A stretch of 50,346 bases of DNA, counting the filler, from Sphacelaria rigidula (lineage: Eukaryota), in assembly GCA_964200075.2 (NCBI GenBank). It is 2 parts of 2 records of this genome, joined end to end, with 100 filler letters (N's around TTAATTAATTAA, not from the genome) between each part and the next. Parts side by side here need not be neighbours in the genome. Positions count along the whole stretch, not along the records: positions 1 to 25,148 come from CAXNAA020000179.1; positions 25,249 to 50,346 come from CAXNAA020000180.1. One strand, given 5' to 3'. Positions 24,251 to 35,946 of this stretch are shown here, one piece after another. The translations under genes were made by a program, and so were the position numbers. The stretch's first letter is position 1; each line of letters opens with the position of its first letter. The notes under the pieces were generated by a model. That model was not told the origin of the DNA and did not search any database. It saw nothing but the letters and a program-made list of their open reading frames with translations.

Positions 24251-24827
24251 GTTCCCGTCTGCGCAGAATTGGGCCGGGACCGAAGTGCTGTCTACGTGTA
24301 TACAGAGTTGAAAAAATCGTGCGATGGCTGTGCAGCTGTCCATCATGTCTTCTTTGGTGCTCCAGTTGTCGTCGGGTCTTGTGTGATCGCGGAAGACGAC
24401 ACAAGGGGGGTGCCTCCAGGTTGAGGCAAACAAAATGAGCGAGCAGGGTGAAAGAGAGTCATCCGCGGTATCCCACACGGGCCGCGACCGTCCCAAAATG
24501 ACCATCTCGACGAAGATAAGAACATATTTCCAGTAGGGTCGACAGTAAGTGAATGCATAAATGGGTAGGCACAACACACACATATATATGCCCTCTCCAG
24601 TGCGTACACTACTAGTGTGGGCACTACAGTAGCAGGAGTGTTGTCCTCCTTATCTTCGTTCCATTTGTTGGAGATTCATGAAACTGCTACGGCAGCAGGC
24701 GGCATATAAGACGTTCTGGCACCGATGTCACTGACCTCTCCTGCGGTCCGGAGCAAGCAGCGTGCAGCGATGCACTAGGGATGAGGTTACGGGACTTCCT
24801 TTTAGCACGAGCTCACTCTTTTCCCGA

Positions 24828-25148
24828 AGAACACCTGGAGATATACGGGTGGTTCAAAGAGGGAATAGGGATGAAAGCATATTCGCATGGGCCTATGGAC
24901 GCTGCGAAAAAATTGAGACTGCGATTTCGGGTGGGGAGACCTGGACCTTCCAGAAAGAAGAAAGATAAACACCAGCCGTCGTGTGGACGAGGAAGTAGAT
25001 GCACAGAACTGCCTCTGCGGCAAAGTAATAGATAGCAGAAGTCATGAGGAATGGGACGTGCTAGAGGGGGAAATACGGGACGTGAACGAAGGAGGGATGC
25101 AATCGTTTGATGCATTAAACAGTAGGGAGAAAACGATGGCTATACTAG
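24828..25148 (+). mobile_element. Second copy (3' fragment) of the LINE family at 78-2150, truncated by an assembly gap
   Basis: Aligns with 1614-1958 (GAACACCTGGAGATATACGGGTGGT...GTAGATGCACAGAACTGCC...CAGTAGGGAGAAAAC.ATGGCTATACTAG), with a short internal deletion. Confidence 0.92.
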
Positions 25149-25248
25149 NNNNNNNNNNNNNNNNNNNNNNNNNNNNNNNNNNNNNNNNNNNNTTAATTAA
25201 TTAANNNNNNNNNNNNNNNNNNNNNNNNNNNNNNNNNNNNNNNNNNNN
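25149..25248. other. Artificial 100-bp scaffolding spacer (44 N + TTAATTAATTAA + 44 N)
   Basis: Symmetric N runs around a six-frame-stop linker, which is a standard contig-joining convention. Confidence 0.9.
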
Positions 25249-26425
25249 TAAAAACGTCATTGGGCACCATCGCTGAAAGTGAGTTGAAAGCACTGTTTTG
25301 GGCTTGAACCTCATCTCGGAGTTAAACCTCAATTTGCACAATTTGTTGTTAATATCAACACCGTATAGGTACGTATACAGCCAAACACAAATCGATCGAA
25401 GCGTCTCTACCTAACCCACTGCCTCGAAATACGAGAAAAATACAGCGGGCTGATATATAATATTGTGCATATGCAAATGCAAAAACAAAATCGAAATGCA
25501 AGCCACGATAAATATATTGTCAGACAGATTAGTGGATGCAAAACACGTCACCAGTGAAGAGGGACTTCGGCTGAGAATCAAGCTCTTGTCAGCAAAAGGT
25601 GACCTTGCTGATAAGGATAGCCGTAAAAGCTCTCTCAATTTTTGTGAGGAGAATACTTCGCGGATAGAAAGGCACATATATACCACCGATCTGTTTCTGA
25701 TATTGGTCCGTTCCTAGTTACCATATATCGCGGCAGCCGCCACAGGTTCCACTCCACTGTAAGTCATGAGCAGACCTTATACTGGTGAACCATCACATAC
25801 GGTAATCTATGCAGATCGTTGATACGATGCCAAAACACCAGACGAAACTTGCACAAAACCATAGAAAACCAAAGGTTTCCAACATGCCTTTACATGGACG
25901 TGTAGAAGGACGTCGATAAAATTTATTGGTTAGTGTTTTCTCAGCACCCAGTATAGAGGATGTGATGCGTTCAACTACAGGCCACCATTAAGGCATTTCG
26001 GAAACACATACGAAGTAGGCTCCAAAACGTATCGTTCTCTCGGATGCTCGCCACGATCTTTTCAAGAGGGACTCGAGGCGAATCAAGGGTGTGGGGGGTG
26101 ATGTGGAGGTCCCTACATTGTTTGTGCGAAGGGATTTCTCCCTTGACATGTAATCCGGACAAGCCGCGCCAGAAGCAGATCCAAGCGCGGACTGTCCGCA
26201 GGGTCGATTCAACGGTGGACTATCCGAGAGACCTGGAACTCTTGTATCTGTGCAGCCGACCCTGGGGCCCTAGGTACCAGTTCTCAACGGCACAAGAGCT
26301 CCACATAACAAAAGTCACCGTTGAACCCTGGGGAATCAACTCCGACTGCACAACAAGACAACTGAAGACGAAGAACTATTCCAAGGTTGTGTTCTGTTGG
26401 TACGGTTCCCTGTATACCTAGGGTA

Positions 26426-26672
26426 TATAGCCAAAATATACCAAGGCGTAGTAAACGTAGCATGTAGGATCCTGGATGATGCCCAGGGGACAAGGGCATC
26501 CTATAGATGATGACCCTTGCTGTGTAGCCTATGCCTGAAGGTACGGGCCGCAGATGTTTACTACGTGATTGTAACAAGTGAGAAGAAAGAGCTTGTTGAG
26601 CACGAGGCCAGCACTACTGGGGGGGTCCCTTGTGGATAGTCCTCTTGTCCAGATCGTCTGGCAGAGGCTATA
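26426..26672 (+). repeat. 5' LTR (247 bp)
   Basis: TATAGCC...GGCTATA. Differs from the 3' LTR by about 18 substitutions and 1 indel (manual count). Confidence 0.95.
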
Positions 26673-26859
26673 ACATCTGGATATTCTTCCGGCACTCTGT
26701 TAGAGGAGTTTTGGCTGAGGAGAGATTGGGCAGCAGCTCATAGAGCCAGTAAGCCCGCAGACAGGAGGAGACGCAGTCTGAAGCGCACAGCATTTGGAGA
26801 ACGCTCCGTGAGCTGGAGGACGCACAAGTCAGGCAAGAGTATCTCCGTGAAGTGTTTGA

Positions 26860-27956
26860 AATTAGGACGACATGGCTCAAGCGGCGGCAGCGCCGCTGAT
26901 ATTAGGTGAGCCACTACAGCCGCCAAAGTATGGTGAATTATGGACCGAGGAGGCACCTCGCGTGTTTTTTGCAAGATACGTTGCATACGTACAGAGGTGG
27001 AGTCTAGCTAATGCAGAAGGAATCATACGGCATGAGGGGTGAGCATATGTCAACTCATTCCTGTCTACATTCACCGCTGCTTCGAGGACATGTACAAGGA
27101 CCGTCGGGCTATGATCTCCGATGTACTGCTTGATGCTGTGAAGCAGCATGCCGAGTATACGACAACCCGTGGAAAGCATGACACTACGCGGGCTGCAGCA
27201 GACCTACGTAGGATACTTACAATGAAGCAGAGCGATGGAAATTCCGTGAAGGATCGTGCTATGATGGTTAGCTCAGACATGGAGTTTTGTTTTGCTGAAA
27301 ATTTGATGGTGCAAGCAATGTACCGAGCGGAGGACAGGAGTTGGTTGCCTGGCCCGGCCAAGTCGGTGTCCATACCTTTGGTGGATGGGATTTCGCCCCC
27401 GAACTTCAAGGCGTATGTTAAAAATGTACAAACGTATGTTGACGGCTGGAAGAAGAACCCGACGGTGGTGTTCGAAAACATATTTGAGGCGGCCGACCAG
27501 TGGAAGTTCATTGAAGCACATGGCCGGCGCAACTCTGCAACAAGTGCAGGTGGTATGCGCCGCAAACAGCAACATCAACAGAAACAGCAGCCTTCTTCGC
27601 GAGAGTCGTCCACTCGCGCGTATTACAACTGCGGCGACACCGGAGATACGATCAAGGACTGTCCCAAGCCTCGCGCTAGAGGCGCTGCACAGGGCAATGC
27701 ACGAGAGCTATCAGGATCTCGGGGCGGTCGTCACAATGGACGGGGCCGTGCCAATCAGGGACGCGGGCGCGGCGGCCGCGGCAGCAAGCAATCGCCGGCG
27801 GATGGTGGTTCCTCCGCTGCTGTTTCTTCCACTACATCATCAGGTGATAACTCTGGATCTTATGGTTCATCCGTAGCGGGGCGGACAGTGTACGTGGGGA
27901 ACGCTAATATTTCGGTGAGGAGTGCTGGAGCGCATAGCTCGCAACCCATCGGCTAG
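26860..27956 (+). pseudogene. gag: Gag, degenerate
   Basis: 305-aa ORF 27039-27956 plus an in-frame upstream segment cut by a stop. Decayed zinc knuckle YYNCGDTGDTIKDCP (from CxxCxxxxHxxxxC) followed by an RG-rich tract. Confidence 0.8.
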
Positions 27957-28149
27957 GCAGGATCCGTGTCTGGTGCATTTCCTATAGCTGCGACGGCGGT
28001 TACAGCGCCGTCTGCATATTCGGCGACGTGGTCTGGTTGGGCCAACGATTCGCAGTTATCGATGCCAAGTGCTGGAGGGCAGCCCTGGCGTCAGGTGACT
28101 GTTGGGACAGAACAGGGTTCTTCGGCAGGCGTGATACCTGCCGATCGCA

Positions 28150-28570
28150 AGGCTGAATGCTTACGCGGAGATTTAGCCTTGTCTGGTTCTGTAGGTTCGT
28201 TCATGGCCCGCGTTATTCTGGATTCTGGGTCCGCTCTCACGTCGATTGGTGTGGGGTTGCTTGAGCAAATGTTTTCGCAGTTTGGCGGCGCTCAGCTTCA
28301 GATTCCGTTTGAAAACAGACCGCAAACGGCGCAGACCGCCACGGGTGCTCCCGTGACGGTTACACACTAAACAGTGCCAATTGCTGTTAGCGTGCGCACG
28401 CCGTGGGGGGCGGTGCAGTTGCAGCCTATTACTTTCGTTGTCATGCCCGGTAGGGACAACATGGTTCTGTTTGGCATGGCAACAATCAAGGAGCTGGGAA
28501 TTGATTTGTATCCGCTGGCTTTGGGGAAAAGTTACGTCCGCGTGCTGTGCCGGTGCAGACCGGCGTGATC
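28150..28570 (+). pseudogene. Retroviral-type aspartic protease, degenerate
   Basis: ARVILDSGSALTSIG active-site motif, followed after an in-frame stop by F.VMPG...VLFG. Confidence 0.8.
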
Positions 28571-28849
28571 AACCCCAGCCATATTTCGGCTAGGCGGCTG
28601 ATCGCCCCTGAGTGGTCGTTTCAAAGTGACAGCAAGAAGGACACAAGTGCAAAGGAAGAGGAAGCTCCTGGGCGTGGAGCCGCACAGTCTATGAGGGTGC
28701 AGCCCCAGTCACAGGCGACGGCTGCGAAGACCCAACCCCATTGCAACGATCCGGTGAAGGCCGGGTGGCTAGCTTCGTACATTGCAGTTTTGGTGGCGTT
28801 TGGGTTTTGTACTGCAGTTTGCAATCAAGCTTGGAGGGAGCGGCGATGG

Positions 28850-29432
28850 AAATGCCGGAAAATTTCTGCTCCCGACGGGTGAGCGAATCCAAGGTGGGGG
28901 CGCACATTCCCCCTCCCCACGAGGATATGGTGCATGGTGGGGATAAGGTGCATGGTACTCGCCCGGAGGAGGTGATTAAATCCAATTTCCTCAGCGATGG
29001 AGCGAGTGGTCAGCTGGAAAATGATGGGTTGGACGACGGAGATACGATCCAAGATGACTTGGTGATCAAAGATGATGTGAGCAATTCGTGTGGTTGGAGC
29101 CCGCGGAGTCTAGTGTGGAGGCAAAGAATGTGGAGCATTTTCTGACATGGTTCAAAGCAAAAGCGATGGGGTCACCGGAGGTATGGGTCGGCGATACGGG
29201 ATGGCATATGAAGAATTGTGCGGTGAGAGCGTTTAATAAGGCGCTGATGGAACGTAAATTTCGGATGACCAACTCGCCGTTGTCCCATCGTAAATGTAAG
29301 CGGATGATGCGTGATATTGCTCATGTGACGTCAGGTCAGGTGTTTTATGAGGATGGTGTGGTGCCCTCGAGAGCTGTTGCTATGAAGCACTGTATGGTCG
29401 TTCCCGTTCCACCTCTCGTTTCGCCTAAATAA
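28850..29432 (+). pseudogene. Integrase core fragment, copy 1
   Basis: ESKVGAHIP.P..VHGTRPEEVI..FL ... LVIKDDVSN/WLEPAES...FLTWFK..G.PEVWVGDTGWHMKN...SPLSHRKCKRMMRDI. Confidence 0.7.
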
Positions 29433-30238
29433 GCGACTGAAACAGGAGAAATTGTCGATGCGCAAGCTTCTGTGGAGGCAGAGTATATGCCGCATTGGTT
29501 CGGCAGTAAGGATATGCTGTTTGATGACATGTTGAGATGCACCGTGGGGGTGCTAAATGTGGCTGCTAGGAGCTACCGTACGAAAGGAACTGTTGCTCTA
29601 TGGTGTGCAGAAGGTAGTGGTTCCAGTGTTGCTACTTCGCAGGAGCGGACTGAAAGCCTGCAAAGCGCGGATCATCTGAGATGAGTGATATAGTGGTGAG
29701 CTCCGGATTGAATATTGTTGAGGAGCAAGTACTTGTGAGGATGCTTGTTGAGCATGACGACACACATGATGACTGGTATTTCCGAACCGTTTTCCGACCA
29801 TCAAAGGTTGTTATGGTGTGCTTTTTGGGTCATATTTGTGTTGCTGTTCGCACATGAAGCATGACATTAGAGCGGGTGTGCTCGTGTTGCGTTGGCTGGA
29901 AAATGCCGGTGTACGCGTGTAATTTAGTATGCGTGTGTTGTGCTGCTCTGAATAGGATGCATGATGCATGGTTCGTGCAACACGGGTTGCATTCCAGGTC
30001 CTGAGTCAAATATTGGCATGCATGTATGGGTTGTCGTATGCTGAGTGGAATAGGAATGCATGTACGATTTTTCGTATGCTGAGTGGGATCTTGGCATGCA
30101 TGTGTGGAATTTTCGCTCGAATGCTTCTGACGTGCATGGTGTCTGATGACCGTCAGGGTGAGGTAGTTAACACAATACTGCTGAATGATGAACGAAATAC
30201 GTCGGCTTGTAGTGATTGTAGGAGACGGTGACTGCTGT

Positions 30239-30699
30239 TGATGACGTGAAAATGAGCTGACACTACGAAATGCATAGGCTCGTTGTCTGGGAGCAGAGAT
30301 CACACGAGTTCTCGTGTGTTTGAGGATCAAAGGAATTATGCGCGTATGGAAAACTGATCCTTGCCGGTGAAACGTTTTTGGCGATACTGTTCAAGGTATT
30401 GCGCCAGGTGAGGTTCCATTTGAACTTTGTACGTAAGAAGTAGCAAAATTGACGGTACTAACTGCCTGATGACGTGAAAATGAGCTGACACTACGAAATG
30501 CGTAGGCTTGTTGTCTGTGAGCAGAGATCACACGAGTTTTCGTGTGTTTGAGGATCAAAGGAATTATGCACGTATGAAAAACTGATCCTTGCCGATGGCA
30601 CGTTTTTGGCGATACTGTTCAAGGTATTGCGCCACGTGAGGTTGTTCAATTTGATTTTTGTACGTCAGAAGTAGCAAACTTGACGGTACTAACTGCCTG
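30239..30699 (+). repeat. ~230-bp tandem duplication covering the pre-core region of a second integrase
   Basis: TGATGACGTGAAAATGAGCTGACACTACGAAATGC...TTGACGGTACTAACTGCCT occurs twice (30239-30467, 30468-30699). Confidence 0.93.
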
Positions 30700-30900
30700 A
30701 TAGTTTGCTGTACGTTTGTTATCCCGGATGATTTGTCGAATTTCGTTTGGTTGAAACCAATCGAGGCTGGCACTGCCGAGGTTATGGCTAACTATTTGTT
30801 GCAATGGTGCAAGACTTTGGGGGTACGGCGTGTCTGGGTTAGTGATACCGCCACGCACTTCGAGAACCAAGTACAAGAATTGCGCAGCAGAGCGACGCGC
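30600..30900 (+). pseudogene. Integrase core fragment, copy 2
   Basis: FGDTVQGIAP..FDFLYV..FVIPDDLSNFVWLKPIEAGTAEVMANYLLQWCKTLGVRRVWVSDTATHFENQV. Confidence 0.8.
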
Positions 30901-31215
30901 TGGAGGTGCAACTCCCATTTGACCTTGCGTAAACCCATTGGTCGAATGATTCTGAAGCGTTGGTCATGTTATTGTTTTGTTCGATTGAGATGGGTTCGGC
31001 GGAAAAAAGTACGTAGAAGTATCTTCGGAAGATACATTTTTCTGCGCCTGAATTTGTTGCGCAGGAGTTGCGTAAACTAAGGTTGACTCGGGCGCTGACA
31101 AGTGAATTAGCGTCGGAGTATGGCATTTCCTTGTGATTTGGAGCATGCGAATTCGCCTTGGTTTTTTGTTGGTTGTCAAGCTCGTTCGTTTGTCTTGAAC
31201 TCGCTTTGGGGGTGA

Positions 31216-31463
31216 TGTAGCCATAATATACCAAGGCGTAGTAAATGTAGCATGTAGGATCCTGGATGATGCCCAGGGGACAAAGGCATCCTGTGGATGA
31301 TGACACTTGCTGTGTAGCCTAAGCCTGAAGGTACGGGCCGCAGCTGTTTCCTCGGTGAATGTAACAAGTGAGAATAAAGGACTTGTTGAGCACGAGGCCA
31401 GTACTACTGGGGGGGGTCCCTCGTGGATAGTCCTCTTGTCCAGATCGTCTGGCAGAGGCTATA
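31216..31463 (+). repeat. 3' LTR (248 bp)
   Basis: TGTAGCC...GGCTATA with AATAAA at ~31373. Preceded by GGGGGTGA and followed by the TSD GGTA. Confidence 0.95.
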
Positions 31464-32678
31464 GGTATTATCCTGGGTATTTACCGTACCCGACAGTTCT
31501 GTGACTTCTGTAAGACTTTCATACCGGTACCCGACAGTTATGTAAATTCTAAGACTCTCATACCCTTACCCGATAATTCTGTGAATTCTGTAAGCCTCTC
31601 GCACCGTTACTGGGGGCGCGGGTATGCTCCTGATAAGATACCCGGTTTCGGGTATGGTTTTCTGTGCAGTCTCCATACCACACCCGACCGTTTCTGTGAG
31701 TTCTGTAAGTCTCCCATACCCTTACCCGACCGTTTCTGTGAGTTCTGTACAAAACCTTTACCCCAACCCGAGGGGCGGGTACACCCTTGAAGAAATACCC
31801 GATTGCCGGTACGGGTTTCTGTAAGCCTCCCATACCCTACTCGACAAGTTATGTAACTTCTGTAGGGGTACCTGATGTTTCTGTAAGTGTTGTCAGAAAT
31901 CTCATACCCTACGGAGCACAACCTTGAACTATTTTGTACCCGGTGAAGGTTGACTCCAGGAGCCTAACCCTCGACTACGGTCAATCCTAACCTAAGTAAG
32001 TGAAGAAATCATCGTCTCCCTTTGAGGGTTCATCCCGTTCACAGTGGTTCACAGTGACTACCCTATTCGTGTTGTAAATTCGGGCCAGAAAAGCAACACC
32101 CTAGCTTGTCTGGTTTTGTAGACCCTGTGGTCCCGCGTTGCACAGCACGAGCTAAGTAGTGAGCGACAGCTGTACTCACAGGCTTCTCGCTCATGCACAC
32201 ACGATGTGCCACATCGTTGTTGATGTCGAGAAACGTGCCGAGATATATTGCGCGTGTTTTGGATCCGTTCATTCGAAGAGTGACAGATCCAGATGTCTGC
32301 GTTGGATAGCCCTTGAAAGACGCTTTCGTTTGATTAATTTGATGGGTGGGGTGCGGGATCACCAAAGGTGAAGTTCGGAGCACCCCTGCGATGAAGTGAT
32401 TCCCCCCACCGTATGAGATATATCTCCTGCCCTGTCAAGTCAATCAAAAACGCTTCCTGTTCCACTCATCTGTTGGAAGGAGCCATCACTTTCATGCACC
32501 GCATATTGTATCATGTCTCGTTGATCAGAAACAGGCTCGTCGTACTCGTACTATTCTTGTCTTCGGCATCAGAGTGCTCCTCGCGGTAACTTCGTCGATG
32601 CCCCTCCTCGCCCTCGCCCCCTCCCCCCTTTCCTCTCGCCCATGCGCGCATGGGTCATCTCACGATCTATTGTTGTAG

Positions 32679-33140
32679 ATTTCTCTTGGAAGCCCGCACC
32701 CTCTTGGCGGACACGGATGTTATATCCTCCACCTTCCGCGAGCTAGACCCAGGATTCGTTTCCTGCTTCTACTACGGCGACATGGCGAGCAAGGAGCAGG
32801 CAGATCGGGTGGCGCACTTTTCAGCACCGACGGAGAATATGGCTGGGCAGCTGGCCGACCGAATGATACAGTCGGTCAAGGATCCGCAGAAGTCGAGCGT
32901 GGACGATGATCTGTTTTCGAAGATAGTGGATCCTGAGACTGCCGAGGGGATGATTGCCAACCGGTTACAACAGAAGCTTGATGTAGTGGAGTGGCAGACG
33001 TGCCACCTCTCATGACCGAATTCGAACTGACGCCGGTTGAGAGCCGCACGCCGTACTCCAGATCGGATTGTGACGGCTCTATCCCTCTCGGATCCCCCTC
33101 CCTTGTCCGTGGATTTGCGAGCGCCAAAAATCGTGTTGAG
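32679..33140 (+). pseudogene. Exon-like coding relic of unknown function
   Basis: TGTAG| acceptor after a pyrimidine-rich tract, and a protein-like GC3-rich frame (FLLEARTLLADTD...GMIANRLQQKLD). One apparent frameshift at ~32990 and a GT donor at ~33142. Confidence 0.35.
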
Positions 33141-33301
33141 GTATAAGTGTAGTATGTGTGTAGACTCAGCGTGTTTTTGCTCGGTATTCGCCGTTTTGGC
33201 CCCGACTATCCTAGGGATGTAAAGTGTAGGCTTATAGATGTCTCAATGATACCTCTCATGCGTTTAGAACCATTATGTAGTACCCTCGCAAATGGCTACT
33301 A

Positions 33302-34634
33302 CACACGTGGACAAGTAGCACCCTGTGGGGCACGTCTACAGGGTTCAGGGAAACTGTGCAGTGTTTCTCGCGGGGATCTGGCTGTAGTTTTATTTTTTGC
33401 ACCCCACAGGACGCTTCACAGGGTTCAGGGAAACTGTGCAGGGTTTCTCGCAGGGATTCGATTGTAGGGTATTATTTTGTGCCACACAGGGCGCTTCACA
33501 GGGTTTCGTCTCTCCGTGTAGAATTCATCGCTGTTAATATGCTGTACAGCCTTTACAGCGCACATACAATATACTCCCTACAGCATGGGCATGGTACTGG
33601 CAGAAAAAAATGGTCAAGATAATATAGCAGTGGAATCCGAACTCACGATTTTGTGCCTTGGAGTGCGTCAGTAGCAGCGCAGTGAGCTATCTGGCTTGCC
33701 GTAGCTTGTGGAATATTTCGTGCTTCTATTAACTGTCAAGAAAAAACCTCTCTAAACAAAAGCATAGTCGGTTGAGTGATTTTGGTAGACTGCGCACCTC
33801 GGGGTTTTCAAAAGCAATATAGACTCATATGCGAGGTATATACCGTTCCAATAGCATCTTATCACGCCAAGTTCGTTCTTGAAGCACAGGTGTGGACATA
33901 CACACGTAACCAATGTGTGGGATCTCTACTCAGCGAAAGCTGTTGCGAAATATTCATCCTTTGGGACTATAGGATGAATTGCTCTCAACAACTTTTGTTG
34001 CGTATGTGATCCCATACGCTGGTAACGATGCAGTATGCGGGATATGCATAGCTGACGCTGCTTGCAATAAATCTCTTTTCCCGCAATTTCCGAATGAAAT
34101 TGGAGGGCAAAGTGAACATTTATTTCGAGCTTCCTCTGCTGTTCTAATTCCAACTCTGCCAGTGTGCATAGGATTTTCGCAGCAGAATAAGCTGTTCGAA
34201 TAGATCCTTCTTTTTCCCCAATTTAGATGGGCGAAAAAAACATCTATTTTGAACAGGTTCTTCTGCTGTTTGAAATATATCCTTTTTTTGCCCAAATATA
34301 ATGGGCGAAAAAAGGATCTGTTTTGAATAGCTTCTCTTGATGTCCGAGATAGAATCCTTTTTGCTCGATTCAAATCGGGCAAAAAGGAATTTATGTCGGA
34401 CAGCAGGAGAAGCTATTCCAAAAAAATAAATTTACAGATTTCATACCAAAATAATTTGGAGTTTTCGAAATTGAGAAGGCCTCTCCACAGGGGTGCTTGC
34501 AGGGTTTCGACAAAAACGCTATGCAAAATGCTATTACAGCTACTAGGGTTTGCAAATGCTGCACAGGGGTTTTCACCAAGACTGTGGAGAACCCTGTGCA
34601 GCTCGTCCTACAGGGTGCTATTTGTCCACGTGTG
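33302..34634. mobile_element. 1.33-kb non-autonomous DNA transposon with TIRs and TA TSD (Tc1/mariner-like)
   Basis: TA|CACACGTGGACAAGTAGCACCCTGT ... ACAGGGTGCTATTTGTCCACGTGTG|TA. Subterminal ~80-bp tandem units at 33338-33505. No transposase ORF. Confidence 0.9.
33604..33690 (-). other. Degenerate tRNA-derived head inside the TA-flanked element
   Basis: The minus strand reads TAGCTCACTGCG (A-box-like)...ACTCCAA...GAGTTCGGATTCC (B-box-like)...TTTTTTT and resembles 23050-23125. Confidence 0.4.
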
Positions 34635-34832
34635 TACGCCTATTGATACTCCCTGCTGAGGTTTTTCGAGGGGAAGGGCAGTCTCAAATCAGCAATTAGA
34701 ATGTAGTCGTTCTTGGTTCTGTTCGTGCCACTCGCGTGTTTAGGGGCATCACCGTTCATACGGAATGAATCAAGAACGGTAGATGACAACCGCCGAACAT
34801 GTGAGGGGAGAAGATAAAATATGGTTGTAGTG

Positions 34833-34977
34833 GAGTTGTACCGGATGTATGGCAAGTACAGGCTCACTAGGCAAGGCAGGGGGGTAGACAGTAGGCTGGA
34901 TAACTGAGCCGTACAGTAGGCAAAGGCACTCTGCCTTGCCTAGTGAGCCTGTGCTTGCAATACATCCGGTACGACTC
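34833..34977. mobile_element. 145-bp MITE / hairpin with ~47-bp inverted arms
   Basis: GAGTTGTACCGGATGTATGGCAAGTACAGGCTCACTAGGCAAGGCAG pairs with CTGCCTTGCCTAGTGAGCCTGTGCTTGCAATACATCCGGTACGACTC (3 mismatches). Confidence 0.85.
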
Positions 34978-35836
34978 ATCTACATAGGCGTTTGACTCGA
35001 GAGTCTCTTCTTTCGAGATTGTGTTTCCCTTTGTGCAGGTTGTTTCTCTGTCGAATCAAGTGCGCGTGGTCTCTACTCTACAGTTTTTTAATTCCCGGCC
35101 TCCATTTGGTTTTAGGTCGAACCTACTTCGGTGTTTCCCAATTCGCATAGTCGTCAGTTTGTTTGCTACTGTGAAGCCTTACCCCCTGTGCTACCCTGTG
35201 CATTTTGCTCTACGACTTGCGACGCTTACTGCAGCGTTTGACTGCACGCCTACATCATTATTATGACAATTGGCGTCGATAAACGGCCTTTCTTCTGCCT
35301 GGTTGGTAGGTCTTCGTGTTTCTTGGCGTTGTGTTTGTCTGCTCACGCCGCCCCGTAATCAGCAGGTCACTTTTTTTCTGCGTTTTTCACTTGTGTTACT
35401 CTGACTGTGATGGGTGTCGGGTTACTCTAGGTTTATTTGCATTATACAACAGTAGACTCTGGTGTACGTTGCCCCCGCTTCGCGTATTAATGATACGTAT
35501 ATGCCCCTCCGTCGGTACACTGCTTGGAGCTGCTGAGCGATTTGCTGTAGCTGCCCTTCGATTCTGTCCCCGCTTGTTTACATCCAAGTAAGTGCCCCAT
35601 GGTGACACACTTCGCTGGATTACTAACTACGCGTAGGTCTGGCCAGAACTGCGTCCTAATTCTGCTATGTGCATGTAGCCAACCGTCGCCCTGTCTCACT
35701 CCAGTGTGTTCACCCTGCCTTCGAACAGGGTATCGCTCGTGACACTGTGCCACGTGCAAACTGCGTGTGCCCGCCGATCACTATTACATCAGTGGTAGTC
35801 AGTAGTTGGTTTCGATGGCTCATGCTGTTGTAGCAA

Positions 35837-35946
35837 CGCGGGTGGCCACTGGGGTGCCTGTAACCTCAAATTCGGACGTTACAGACCTTGTGCAACGTCT
35901 GTAACGTCCAAATTTGAGGTTGCAGGCACCCCAGTGGCCACCCGTG
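35837..35946. repeat. 110-bp near-perfect palindrome
   Basis: CGCGGGTGGCCACTGGGGTGCCTGTAACCTCAAATTCGGACGTTACAGAC / GTCTGTAACGTCCAAATTTGAGGTTGCAGGCACCCCAGTGGCCACCCGTG, with a short loop. Confidence 0.9.

Larger units (their letters stand above)
26426..31463 (+). mobile_element. Non-autonomous, internally rearranged Ty3/gypsy LTR retrotransposon with both LTRs
   Basis: LTRs at 26426-26672 and 31216-31463. 4-bp TSD GGTA (26422-26425 / 31464-31467). G-rich PPT at ~31208-31215. Contains gag, protease, an RT N-terminal stub and integrase fragments. Confidence 0.95.
26382..31926. mobile_element. hAT-type MITE (26382-26425 + 31464-31926) split by a gypsy insertion; internal ~40-bp tandem units TACCCGAC.GTT.CTGTGAGTTCTGTAAG
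   Basis: TIRs are CAAGGTTGTGTTCTGT / ACGGAGCACAACCTTG. The 8-bp TSD is AACTATTC (26374-26381) / AACTATTT (31927-31934). Confidence 0.88.

Noticed and set aside
25193-25204. TTAATTAATTAA palindrome (piggyBac-like TTAA sites)
   Set aside because: It is an artificial linker between N runs. Adjacency across this gap should not be interpreted.
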